The notes beneath the pieces are model-generated. The model was not told the origin of the DNA. It made no database searches and worked only from the letters and a program-made list of their open reading frames with translations. A program made the translations under genes and the position numbers. A stretch of DNA of 64,000 nt from Candidatus Woesebacteria bacterium GW2011_GWB1_39_10 (GTDB taxonomy: Bacteria > Patescibacteriota > Microgenomatia > UBA8517), in contig LBVU01000002.1 of the NCBI GenBank assembly GCA_000993205.1, positions 28,250-92,249 on the forward strand. The letters are read 5' to 3'. This document shows, piece after piece, positions 29,409 through 38,979 of this stretch (position 1 is the first letter of the stretch; the number at the start of each line of letters is the position of its first letter).

Positions 29409-30749
29409 CTAATTAATGTCCCTCCAAAATTGTCTTATAGAAAAATCTCTTAAAATTCCTTTCGGATTTTCTGTGTCAATTCTTCTAGCATAGACTATCG
29501 GTATAGAAAAATTTAGATCTTTGATTGTAGTCTTTTCATAATAACCTTTTTTGTAGGCCGTATACTGATAACTTTCGTGATCTCGATCAATACCTATTCC
29601 TACAATGCCTTTTTCTGCTGATTCATAACCCCAAAAATAATAAAAAGCAGTTTCATACAACGCTTTGCCAAACTGGGTCATTTGTTGTGAATCAACAAAC
29701 CATTTGAAGATATCACCAATTGCAAATTCACCATCTTTGTCTTTTACTCCTTGTAGATTTGTATCCAAATATTTTTGAAGTTCTTTTTTTTCTCTTCCCG
29801 AATTTTCATAAAATGGCATTAATCTTCCTATTTCTGGCATTGCTATTTGACTGACAATCTTTGATAATTGATCATTTTCATTAGGTATACTTCGTAACAG
29901 GCCCCAACGTGGCCCATATCTATTTTCAAGAAACTCTTCTACCTGAGAAGTAAAACTATCTAATGACAGTAGATTTATGTCAACAGCTTCTGTTGAGGTA
30001 TTTTTCATTAAAATTTTCATTTCTGCTTCATGCAAATCAAGCGTTTTTACCAATTCTGCGAGTCTTCCAGTTTTTAAATAATGTATAAAAATTTCAGGAA
30101 ACATATTCGAAGAGGCTCTTTTGGTTGCAGTTTGCTGATACCAATCGATCGTTAATTTATCTACACCAGCATTTACTAATAATCCTACTTCCAAATTCAA
30201 AGCCCTTACTATTTTTATTTTGTGAATATGATCTCTGAGAGAGAGTTCTCTAATTTTATGTGATTCGCGATGTGCGCATAAAAATGACTGTATACGAATG
30301 GAGGGTTCTTTATAAATCTTTGTAATAAAAGAGACCCCATCATCGATAAAATTAGAATCAGCCACAAAATTTTTATTCAAATGAAAATTAAACCCACTCA
30401 AAAGATAAGGTAAGAATCCCAATACAAACTGCTTGTCTATATTTTTTTTAATAATTTTGGGCAACCTCTCAATAATTTGTCTACCTTTTTTGACCTCTTC
30501 TCTATTGGGAATTTGATCAGAAATGACATATATCATAGTTGCCACAGCCCGTTCCCAACGCGAAGGTTTTTTGATACCTAATGGATCGAAATCGAGAGAG
30601 CCAATATTCTGCAGTAAACCATTCGATTCAAACAAAGCTGGTTCTTCTGATTTTTTAAGTTTTGAGAGATCGTCAACCTCAACTTCATCACCTGACAATG
30701 AGGAAAGTTTTTGATTTGCTGAGATATCGTAGTAATTAACTCTTTCCAT
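29409..30749 (-). CDS. Hypothetical protein
   Basis: 446-aa ORF co-oriented with the transketolase; no recognised motif. Confidence 0.65.
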   Translation of the reverse strand: MERVNYYDISANQKLSSLSGDEVEVDDLSKLKKSEEPALFESNGLLQNIGSLDFDPLGIKKPSRWERAVATMIYVISDQIPNREEVKKGRQIIERLPKIIKKNIDKQFVLGFLPYLLSGFNFHLNKNFVADSNFIDDGVSFITKIYKEPSIRIQSFLCAHRESHKIRELSLRDHIHKIKIVRALNLEVGLLVNAGVDKLTIDWYQQTATKRASSNMFPEIFIHYLKTGRLAELVKTLDLHEAEMKILMKNTSTEAVDINLLSLDSFTSQVEEFLENRYGPRWGLLRSIPNENDQLSKIVSQIAMPEIGRLMPFYENSGREKKELQKYLDTNLQGVKDKDGEFAIGDIFKWFVDSQQMTQFGKALYETAFYYFWGYESAEKGIVGIGIDRDHESYQYTAYKKGYYEKTTIKDLNFSIPIVYARRIDTENPKGILRDFSIRQFWRDIN

Positions 30750-30871
30750 ACTTTTAACGTCGAATATACCGCATTACTGCGATTAGAGGATTATATCACT
30801 AAATGCAAATTTAAGCCCAAATTGATTATTGAGTAACAAAGTTACTCGGCTGAAGCGATCCTAGTAGAAAT

Positions 30872-31396
30872 TTATTTAGCGGTGTTTATTACAAAAGTTT
30901 TTATTCTGTCAAGCTCCTTATAAAAATGATCGTTACCTGGCCATTCAACTAAATTGTAATTAATCACACCCTCAGCTTTAAGAAAAATTTTTAATTCTTT
31001 GGCTGACGTAATTGGATCATTTGTATGTTGGATTATTGTCAATGGTACTTTAAGATTTTTAAACCATTTATTAATATCAAAATTATGTTTGTAAGCCCAA
31101 TGTACTGGAACACCTACAAAAAAACATTTTATAGGTAATATTTTTTCATCAAATATCGCCTTCGTGGCTACCAAACTGCCGACAGATTTAGCAAATATTA
31201 TATATTTGGCTTTTAAATTTATATTCTTAATCAATTTATCGACTTCCTTGTTGAGGTTAATTAATTCCGTACCAGATTTCCAATGATCGTAATACTGGAT
31301 TTGAGTTGATTTAAAGTATGGCTTAAGGATCAATTCAATTTCTTCTATCCAATCTTTATTGTCTACACCATTTCCACCCAAAAGTATTAAATTCAT
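30872..31396 (-). CDS. Alpha/beta hydrolase-fold protein
   Basis: FAKSVG nucleophile elbow, IQHTNDP, GNDH. Confidence 0.75.
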   Translation of the reverse strand: MNLILLGGNGVDNKDWIEEIELILKPYFKSTQIQYYDHWKSGTELINLNKEVDKLIKNINLKAKYIIFAKSVGSLVATKAIFDEKILPIKCFFVGVPVHWAYKHNFDINKWFKNLKVPLTIIQHTNDPITSAKELKIFLKAEGVINYNLVEWPGNDHFYKELDRIKTFVINTAK

Positions 31397-31432
31397 ATGA
31401 TTGCTTATAATTTAGCTTTCCAGCATATTCTC

Positions 31433-31531
31433 TCACACTTGAAAATCCTTTTTATAGTTATATCCCGCTAAAGGTTTTCCATTCTTGATTACAACCAATC
31501 TCAACCTGACATTTAATTTATGCTCATTCAT
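31433..31531 (-). pseudogene. Short ORF, possible NUDIX-type N-terminal remnant
   Basis: MNEHKLNVRLRLVVIKNGKPL... stops after 32 aa. Confidence 0.25.
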
Positions 31532-31598
31532 GTGGGAACCTCATTATAACACCAAACCTGGCAAGGGTTTACATTGAAGTGTATAATCCCTATTTAAT

Positions 31599-33440
31599 AT
31601 GGAGATCCTCCATCCTTCATTTTCTCCCGAATTGGCGGCGCCCACCCGTCTGGAAGATTTAGTAGCCAAGGAACCATTTCTTCAAAAAGCCTGGGATGTC
31701 GCCGAAACTGCTCATGCAGGCCAAACCAGGAAAGACGGGAAAACTCCGTATTTCACTCATTGTATAGGTGTAGCCAGAATCATGTACGAAGAGTGGGGGA
31801 TTACCGATCCGGAAAAACTTTCCGTTGGCCTTCTTCACGATACGATTGAGGATACCGATTTAACTCTCGATAACATCCGAACAGTTTTCGGTGAAGAAGT
31901 GGCCTTCGGTGTTGAAAGTGTTACCCAATTCAGCCCCGAAAATGAAGCAAAATTAATTAAAGCTGAGGCTGATTTTGAAAGCGCCAAAAAAGTTTTTGCA
32001 AAAACTTTGATTGACCCGATCGTTGCGATCTACAAACTTGCCGACAGACTTTACAACATGAGAGATATGGCTGCAATAACACCACAAAAACGCACGGAGA
32101 ACGGAATTACGTCCCTGAACTATTTTGCCCCTCTTGCAGAATCTCTTGGAATGTGGGTTGTTAAAAGGGAGTTGGAAAATTTATCACTCCAATATACAGA
32201 TTCAAAAAAATTTGAAATTTATTCAGGTTTGATGGAAAAGGACCCACGCACAAACGAGCATTTTATCGCCTACATGACATCATTTTTAACCGAAAAATTA
32301 AAAGATGAAGGTACCGAATGTAAAGTATCCTATCGAAAAAACAGTCTTGTAAAAATAATGGACAAGGCAAAAAACAATTTATTTAAAGATATTGACGATG
32401 TTATCAGTTTCCGTGTAACTGTTAGTTCAAAGGATGAAAGGAGCATTAGAAACGAATGCATGAAAGCGCTTGGTGTTATTTGGGAAGAGTTTGGGGGTAC
32501 TGAGGATCAAAAAAGATTTGACAATTTTTATTTTGTACCCAGAGACAATGGCTATAGCGCTTTTCAGGTAACTTTAAATCTGCCCGAAGGGGCAATAAAA
32601 ATCGCTATAACGTCAAAGGAAAAGGAAGATTACAACAATTGGGGTGTTCTAAGTTCACTTAAGAAGGGTAAAACGGACCTAAAAAAGTATGCTCTTAAGC
32701 TGGTCTTTACGCCAATGGGGGAGGTTAAATTCTTTCCTCCAAGCGCCAATGGATTCGATTATGCCTATCACATTGACGAAAAACTAGGCGCGCAAGCGAT
32801 GGAAATGTTAGTCAACGGGCAACGGCAAGATCTTGCAACAATTATTCCAAACGGAGCGGTTGTAAAAATCCTGGGAGGAGAGGAAAGAATTGCGCCGGAC
32901 GCCGGAGTGGTCCACCATGTATTACCCAAAACAAAACAAAAAATCGATCGGCAGTTTTTGGAGCTTGAAATGACTGAACAACAAAAAAGTGGGCGCGAAA
33001 TTGTTACAAAAATAATTTCCCAAAGAGGACTCTTAAATTTGTACGATATCTTGAGATTAAAGGAATACTCCAGAATAATTATGGATATTCTGGACCAGCT
33101 CGGAAGTAAGGGTTCTTTAACCAGACTTTATCAATCGATTGGCTCAGGAGTGGTCAGTGAGAAAGATTTAATCTCAGAACTGGATAGAAACGGAATAACT
33201 AAAGAGGCTATGGGTTTTACTTCAGTTCTTATTGAAGGGCCGGATGGACCCGGGCGGCTGAACTTCTTCACCTCAACGGTCGAAAAACTCGGGGGGAACA
33301 TTCGCAGGAACTATGGTGAAAGCGCTAAACAAATTTTTACTCAACACTTCGTTATTGAAAATTTAAATGAGGGGGCCGAGAAAAAGTTGGGGGAATTGCT
33401 TAAAAAAGATCCAAGAATAGCCAAGGTAATCGTTGTTTAA
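31599..33440 (+). CDS. Long RelA/SpoT homologue (HD hydrolase, degenerate synthetase, TGS, ACT-like)
   Basis: HAGQTRKDG..PYFTH, LLHDTIED, KLADRLYNMR, VFTPMGE...DYAY TGS domain. Confidence 0.85.
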   Translation: MEILHPSFSPELAAPTRLEDLVAKEPFLQKAWDVAETAHAGQTRKDGKTPYFTHCIGVARIMYEEWGITDPEKLSVGLLHDTIEDTDLTLDNIRTVFGEEVAFGVESVTQFSPENEAKLIKAEADFESAKKVFAKTLIDPIVAIYKLADRLYNMRDMAAITPQKRTENGITSLNYFAPLAESLGMWVVKRELENLSLQYTDSKKFEIYSGLMEKDPRTNEHFIAYMTSFLTEKLKDEGTECKVSYRKNSLVKIMDKAKNNLFKDIDDVISFRVTVSSKDERSIRNECMKALGVIWEEFGGTEDQKRFDNFYFVPRDNGYSAFQVTLNLPEGAIKIAITSKEKEDYNNWGVLSSLKKGKTDLKKYALKLVFTPMGEVKFFPPSANGFDYAYHIDEKLGAQAMEMLVNGQRQDLATIIPNGAVVKILGGEERIAPDAGVVHHVLPKTKQKIDRQFLELEMTEQQKSGREIVTKIISQRGLLNLYDILRLKEYSRIIMDILDQLGSKGSLTRLYQSIGSGVVSEKDLISELDRNGITKEAMGFTSVLIEGPDGPGRLNFFTSTVEKLGGNIRRNYGESAKQIFTQHFVIENLNEGAEKKLGELLKKDPRIAKVIVV

Positions 33441-33448
33441 ATTAAAAA

Positions 33449-33994
33449 TTAATAACTTCTCAGAAGAATTTGTGAATTCGATGATAATGTTGTGTCTTGA
33501 ATACCGCCTCCAATAACACTCCGCATTTCAAGAAAAACATTGACTGATGGTGGATTCGCCGAAGCGCCTTTTTGACAGATAAAACTGCATGATGTGACTA
33601 TTACATCATCTGACGTAAGCCTACCCGAACCCGAAGCCACATGAGCGTCGGCGCCGCCAATATTCACGCATGAAAAAGAAGTAGCATCTCCTTGTTGGTC
33701 GGTATAATTTAAAATGTGAGAATCCGGATTAGTGACACAGTCGGGAATCGAATTCGCATTTCTAATCTGGCGTTCTATAACGCTCATCGCATAATTAAGA
33801 TTTTCACCCACTTTGACTTGACTCTCGCTTTTCCTACCTCCCCGCAAAGATAGGGCAATTGATCCGGTAACAATAATTCCCAAAAAAGCAAAAATCGCCA
33901 CAACAATCAATATTTCTAAAAGACTCATCCCGCGAATCAGTTCCTGTTTGGACTTAGTTGTAAATTGTAAATTGTAAATTGTAAATTTTTTCAT
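33449..33994 (-). CDS. Minor type IV pilin (PilW-like)
   Basis: GMSLLEILIVV class III signal. Confidence 0.85.
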   Translation of the reverse strand: MKKFTIYNLQFTTKSKQELIRGMSLLEILIVVAIFAFLGIIVTGSIALSLRGGRKSESQVKVGENLNYAMSVIERQIRNANSIPDCVTNPDSHILNYTDQQGDATSFSCVNIGGADAHVASGSGRLTSDDVIVTSCSFICQKGASANPPSVNVFLEMRSVIGGGIQDTTLSSNSQILLRSY

Positions 33995-34446
33995 CACCTC
34001 TGTCTCCAATCGGAAAAGTTTGTTGTACTTCTAACTTCATGTATTCCCTGAGAATCTTGCCATGTGACGACAATGTCTGCTTCAATTAGGGTTTTTGTGT
34101 TAACAGTCGTTATATTAAAATTGACCTGCCTTTTGAATAAAGTGTCGGAAATTTCATCACCACCGATACAGGCCCTCTGTAAATTCCACGAAAGTTCGAC
34201 AAGACACCAAACTCCTGATTGAGCTTTAATGATAAACCCATCCATATCGCTGTCTCTCTGACCTCTAAGCCATTCTGTCGCTTGTTGAGCATAAATGGCC
34301 GCCTGATTGCTATTTTTAGAATAAGTCGAATTTCTTATAGAACTTGCAACCAGCGAAACAATTCCGGTAATAATAAGGGCGGAAATGGCCAGCGCAATAA
34401 CTATCTCAAACATTGATTGCCCTAAATTTTTTTCTTTACTGATCAT
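33994..34446 (-). CDS. Minor type IV pilin (PilV-like)
   Basis: GQSMFEIVIAL class III signal. Confidence 0.85.
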   Translation of the reverse strand: MISKEKNLGQSMFEIVIALAISALIITGIVSLVASSIRNSTYSKNSNQAAIYAQQATEWLRGQRDSDMDGFIIKAQSGVWCLVELSWNLQRACIGGDEISDTLFKRQVNFNITTVNTKTLIEADIVVTWQDSQGIHEVRSTTNFSDWRQR

Positions 34447-34447
34447 T

Positions 34448-34957
34448 TTACTTGATTTCGCCCGATGAACTAACGATTACGTCCAATGTATTATTTATTC
34501 CAACTTGGCTAATGGTAACTACTGCTGTCGCTCCGCTCACGAGATTTGTACCATGACCCAATACTTTGAACTCAATCGGGTTCGGAGAAGGCGTTGAAAG
34601 TATAATTCCGTCCGGCATGTTGACAGTTTTAACCGTAACCGGCCCTCCGCTACAATTGGCGGCGACAAGATACTGCGATGAACTACTTACAGTGAATGTG
34701 AAGCCGCTCAAATTATTTGGCGGGTCGCATTTTGCGTCTATTGGTTTTTGTCCGGACAGAGCCTGCTCCTGCGCCAGTCTCAAGTCTCCCACAACAAGTT
34801 TCCCAACCCCGCCAACTGCCTGACGCCTCGAAAAATCTCTAAAACTGGTAAATCCAAAGCCAAAAAGCATTCCAATAATCGTTAAGCCCACCAGAATTTC
34901 AATCAGGGTATATGCCGAAGTATTTTGTATATTGTATTTAGTATATTGGGCAGACAT
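34448..34957 (-). CDS. Minor type IV pilin (FimU-like)
   Basis: AYTLIEILV; ends SSSGEI. Confidence 0.85.
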   Translation of the reverse strand: MSAQYTKYNIQNTSAYTLIEILVGLTIIGMLFGFGFTSFRDFSRRQAVGGVGKLVVGDLRLAQEQALSGQKPIDAKCDPPNNLSGFTFTVSSSSQYLVAANCSGGPVTVKTVNMPDGIILSTPSPNPIEFKVLGHGTNLVSGATAVVTISQVGINNTLDVIVSSSGEIK

Positions 34958-35001
34958 TTGATTGGGCTATATACAATATACTACATACTACATACCCGAG
35001 C

Positions 35002-35484
35002 CTAGGGGTTTGTTACTTTATAGTTGCAGGTAGACGTCCCACACGAGGAGCTTTCTTCACAAGTAACTGTGGTTCCTCCTTGCTCCAGAGCGGCGCATAA
35101 TTCGTAAGCTGTTCCGTCTGCCGAATAATATTTATAATCGTTGTTAGGAGAGATTGGATCAACGGGGACACTGGAAAGATAAATATTTGAATCTAAACAA
35201 GAAGTAGTAGAAGTTCCATCGCCTTTGAGTACAGAACCCAAAGACAACGGATATTTATTGCAATCAGCTTTATATATTTCAACGGCGCTTCTTATCTGTT
35301 CCAAATCCGCCTTTCTTCTTGAATCGCGGGCAGATTGCCTGGCGCCCTGAAGACCAAAAACAGAAAGTCCGATCAGGATTCCGATTATGGAAATCGTTAC
35401 CAATAGCTCAATCAGCGTGAAGCCCGAATTTGTAATTTGAAATTTGCTTGCACTCGCTTGACGTGTGTAATTTGAAATTTTCAT
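35002..35484 (-). CDS. GspG-like type IV pilin
   Basis: GFTLIELLV, ARDSRRKADL, VPVDP. Confidence 0.88.
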   Translation of the reverse strand: MKISNYTRQASASKFQITNSGFTLIELLVTISIIGILIGLSVFGLQGARQSARDSRRKADLEQIRSAVEIYKADCNKYPLSLGSVLKGDGTSTTSCLDSNIYLSSVPVDPISPNNDYKYYSADGTAYELCAALEQGGTTVTCEESSSCGTSTCNYKVTNP

Positions 35485-35996
35485 TATAGTGGGCATACTC
35501 CTCCCACGGGCAAACTCCAACTTGCTACCGTAATCGTTCCAACTTTTCCACCTGAACAAATAATCCAGTAATTATCCGAGCTCTCCAACTTGTCCCATAA
35601 AACATATTGAATTCCCAAAGCTGTCCCGTCTGATACGGTACCATCCGATTGATATTTGTATACATAGAAACCGCTCGTATCGGTTTTGCTTGGATCCGAA
35701 GGACAACCGGTCATGGATAAATCTGAACACAGTGTGGTTGCGGCGCCTATCCCTGATGCGTCGGGGCGGGAAGGGTAGAAAGTATTATTTTTATTTGCAT
35801 AACTTTCGAGCGAACTTTGAAATTGTTTTAAATCCGATTTTCTTTGAGTATCGCGGCCTTGGCGTTGGGCGGTAGTAAAAGAAGCTAAAGATAAGGCAGC
35901 TAAAATCCCGATTATTGAAATCACCACTAGAAGCTCAATCAGTGTGAAGCCCAAATTCTTCGTTCTTCGTTCTTCGTTCATCGTTTTTATAGTCAT
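35484..35996 (-). CDS. GspG-like type IV pilin
   Basis: GFTLIELLVV, GRDTQRKSDL; start overlaps the upstream stop. Confidence 0.88.
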   Translation of the reverse strand: MTIKTMNEERRTKNLGFTLIELLVVISIIGILAALSLASFTTAQRQGRDTQRKSDLKQFQSSLESYANKNNTFYPSRPDASGIGAATTLCSDLSMTGCPSDPSKTDTSGFYVYKYQSDGTVSDGTALGIQYVLWDKLESSDNYWIICSGGKVGTITVASWSLPVGGVCPL

Positions 35997-36436
35997 TGTT
36001 CTATTTGAAACATCCATTTTGTTGTTGGACACCAAGCATCGTACGGCGCGGCTGCGGCCGAAACCCCTTGAGTATCACTGGCATTCTCCAAACACGCAGA
36101 AAGAATATAACTATTACCATCTGTGCCAACTTCATATTTATGTGTTTGACTTGTAAGCGGGTCTCCCGGTAATTTGCTCATATAAGTAACCCCGCTGTCC
36201 GTCCATGAAGATCCCCAAAGACTGTCAAAATAGCCATCCACAGGATAGGTGTTTTTATCATTGTAATAAAGTCTTAAGGCGGTTGCGATGCTTCTAATAT
36301 CGGATTTTCTTGCAGCATCCCGCGCCCTGCTTCTTGCCGAATTAAGATTTGCGCTAACCAAGGTAGCCAATATACCGATAATAGAAATAACCACAAGAAG
36401 TTCAATTAAGGTAAAGCCCCGGGCAAGTTTGTACAT
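35993..36436 (-). CDS. GspG-like type IV pilin
   Basis: GFTLIELLVV, ARDAARKSDI, LPGDP. Confidence 0.88.
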   Translation of the reverse strand: MYKLARGFTLIELLVVISIIGILATLVSANLNSARSRARDAARKSDIRSIATALRLYYNDKNTYPVDGYFDSLWGSSWTDSGVTYMSKLPGDPLTSQTHKYEVGTDGNSYILSACLENASDTQGVSAAAAPYDAWCPTTKWMFQIEQ

Positions 36437-36451
36437 AATTAAGTATATAAT

Positions 36452-36982
36452 TTATTCGGACGGTTTAGTATTACTACTGGTTATGGCAAAATTGCAATAC
36501 TTAGTGCCTCCTCCACATAGATAACCCGTCGGAGGAATAATCAAATCCGGATCCTGAGTGTTTTCAAGGTATGCAAAAAGCTGAAACTTTTGACCGTTCG
36601 GCGCGTCTGCTATACGATAATAATAATTTTGACCTGATACGGGATCTTTGGGCATTACCTTGAAATAAATTGTTTTTCCGTCCCCAAATTCCCCGGTTCC
36701 CCAAGCGCACGTAGTAGAAGTATTATACGGACAAGCCAAGATCGCCCCTCCTGAATCATCAGGATATTTCCCGTAATCAGAATAAAAAAGCTCAAGGGCG
36801 CTTGATATCTGTTTTAAATCACTCTTCCTTTGGGCATCTCTTCCTCTCGCTTGAGAATTTCTAAAAGAAACTAGAGCAATTGTAACTAAAACACCTAAAA
36901 TCGCCATTACCACAAGAAGCTCAACCAGAGTAAATCCAATTTCATAAATCTTGAATCTTGATGGAATATAATTACTTTTCAT
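36452..36982 (-). CDS. GspG-like type IV pilin
   Basis: GFTLVELLVV, GRDAQRKSDL, MPKDP. Confidence 0.88.
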   Translation of the reverse strand: MKSNYIPSRFKIYEIGFTLVELLVVMAILGVLVTIALVSFRNSQARGRDAQRKSDLKQISSALELFYSDYGKYPDDSGGAILACPYNTSTTCAWGTGEFGDGKTIYFKVMPKDPVSGQNYYYRIADAPNGQKFQLFAYLENTQDPDLIIPPTGYLCGGGTKYCNFAITSSNTKPSE

Positions 36983-36984
36983 TA

Positions 36985-37560
36985 TTATTTCTTAAGAAAA
37001 CGTTCCTGTTCGCACTGCTCTAAACTTTTGTTCGTTGTACAACCAAAACCCCGACCCATATTGCAAATTTTGACTCCGCACATAATGTTTCTTGATAAAA
37101 TTTTGGGGTCGTATTCCGGTTCTGTCTCCACCTCAAAAGAAGCAAAAACCTGATAAGTGCTACCATCAGAAAAATAGGTATATGTTACCCCTTTATCTAA
37201 ATCGGGGTCTCGCGGCATTATTTTTAGATATACTTTTGAGCTTCCCGGAGTCAAATCCACCAAAGAATCTTTTCCCCACCGACAAGGTATAAGATTAACC
37301 GTTAATTTACCATCTTTGCCTATCTGGACATTGTCTCCCTCTTTTTTACATCCAAGAATCATTCCGTCTTGCGATGGCGGAAAGGCACCAAAATCATCCC
37401 GATACGAAGCCAAAACATTAGAAAGCGCTCCCATATCATCTCTACGTACCTGATCCCTGGATCTTTTGATACTCGAAACAAAATTGGGAACTGATATGGC
37501 TATCAAAACCACAAAGATAATAATGACTGATAAAGTTTCTTCTTTAGTAAAAAGTTTCAT
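36985..37560 (-). CDS. GspG-like pilin with atypical cleavage site
   Basis: MKLFTKEETLSVII.., SRDQVRRDD, MPRDP. Confidence 0.75.
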   Translation of the reverse strand: MKLFTKEETLSVIIIFVVLIAISVPNFVSSIKRSRDQVRRDDMGALSNVLASYRDDFGAFPPSQDGMILGCKKEGDNVQIGKDGKLTVNLIPCRWGKDSLVDLTPGSSKVYLKIMPRDPDLDKGVTYTYFSDGSTYQVFASFEVETEPEYDPKILSRNIMCGVKICNMGRGFGCTTNKSLEQCEQERFLKK

Positions 37561-38222
37561 TATTTCCAACTCATACACTCGCTAACCGGTAATCCGCATT
37601 GTCCATAACAACTCGAGTTCTGATAATTGGGATCGCATTCGGGTCCAGGGCGGGCCGGGTCCCAAAGAATAGACACACAAACATCATTTCTACATCCATA
37701 AAAACTTGAGGGAACTCCGCCTCCTCCCGGTGGAGGAGTTTCCCCCGTTGGTAGAGGAGTGCTCTCCGGCGACGGACCTATACCCACCGTAGCTGTTGGA
37801 GCGTTTGCAGAAGAAGAGTAATAATCGAAGGCAAAATTTGGACCCACCCAGCCGACTACCGAAGAATCCAAATGATTTTCAAACTTAGCATAAATTCTAT
37901 ACCAGTTCGGGCAAACACTATCAGTGTATTCATAAAAGTATGAAGCGTTGGTTAGTGGATCGCATGGAATCCTGTCAAGATAGGGTACAAGCCCTGTTCC
38001 GGGGTTACAGGTAACCAGTTGAGAAAGAGGATAGCAATTATGGTCTTTTTCGTACTCCTCAAGAGCAACTTGGATTCTTTGAATATCGGCCTTTCTTTTT
38101 GCGTCCTTACCTTTAAAAATTTGTCCACGAAAATAAGCAAGCGCAACTAGGGCCAAAGCCGCAATAATAAAAACAACAATGACAAGTTCTATCAAAGTCA
38201 TACCCCGCAAATTTCTTTTCAT
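37560..38222 (-). CDS. GspG-like pilin with Pro-rich linker and Cys-rich tail
   Basis: GMTLIELVIV, KDAKRKADI, IPCDP. Confidence 0.85.
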   Translation of the reverse strand: MKRNLRGMTLIELVIVVFIIAALALVALAYFRGQIFKGKDAKRKADIQRIQVALEEYEKDHNCYPLSQLVTCNPGTGLVPYLDRIPCDPLTNASYFYEYTDSVCPNWYRIYAKFENHLDSSVVGWVGPNFAFDYYSSSANAPTATVGIGPSPESTPLPTGETPPPGGGGVPSSFYGCRNDVCVSILWDPARPGPECDPNYQNSSCYGQCGLPVSECMSWK

Positions 38223-38223
38223 T

Positions 38224-38973
38224 TTAAAATCCTAAAAAGGATAAAAGTTTACTACCAAGTACAAAAGTTAATAAAAGTCCCGTTATTAAAAACGGTCCGA
38301 ATGCTACCCGATCCTTAAGTGCGGCACGCCCAAGCAAAATCAGTATGATTCCGGCTACTCCTCCTGTCAAGAAAGACAGAAAAAGCCATATCGGGGAAAA
38401 TTTGAGTCCAATAATAATTCCGCCCATAACTGCAAACTTAACATCCCCAAGTCCCATTCCGCGGCCTTTTGTAAATAAGTTAATTAAAAGCAAAAAAGAC
38501 GCGCTGGCAAATCCGGCGAGAAGGTCGGAGTATAGTGAATGAGTAGTAGATAGTAGAGAAAAAAATAATAAATAAAAAACCATTCCGGAAAAAGTTAAGT
38601 AATCTGGAATGATCTGATGCTCCAAATCAATTATAAAAATAAGAATTAAAATAGAAAATACAACAAGATATGTAAAAAGGGGGATATATTCAAAGGAGAA
38701 TTTTTGCCAGATTAGTAAAAAACCTAAGGCAGTTGTAATTTCAATCAGGGGATAACGCCAGGAAATATGTTTTGTACAATTTCTACATCTACCTCTCAAA
38801 AACAAAAAGGACAAAACCGGCACATTGTCATACCAGGCAATTTTGTGTTTACACTTGGGACAATAACTTCTGCCTGATACTATCGATATTCCTTTCGGAA
38901 AACGAAACGAAAAAGCGGTAAAAAAAGAACCAAAAACTAAACCTAATGCAATAAAAAGAATTTCTAAAAACAT
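38224..38973 (-). CDS. pilD: Prepilin peptidase
   Basis: RSYCPKC...GRCRNC, IDLEHQIIPD, GMGLGDVK, AFGPFL motifs. Confidence 0.95.
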   Translation of the reverse strand: MFLEILFIALGLVFGSFFTAFSFRFPKGISIVSGRSYCPKCKHKIAWYDNVPVLSFLFLRGRCRNCTKHISWRYPLIEITTALGFLLIWQKFSFEYIPLFTYLVVFSILILIFIIDLEHQIIPDYLTFSGMVFYLLFFSLLSTTHSLYSDLLAGFASASFLLLINLFTKGRGMGLGDVKFAVMGGIIIGLKFSPIWLFLSFLTGGVAGIILILLGRAALKDRVAFGPFLITGLLLTFVLGSKLLSFLGF

Positions 38974-38979
38974 CGGGAG

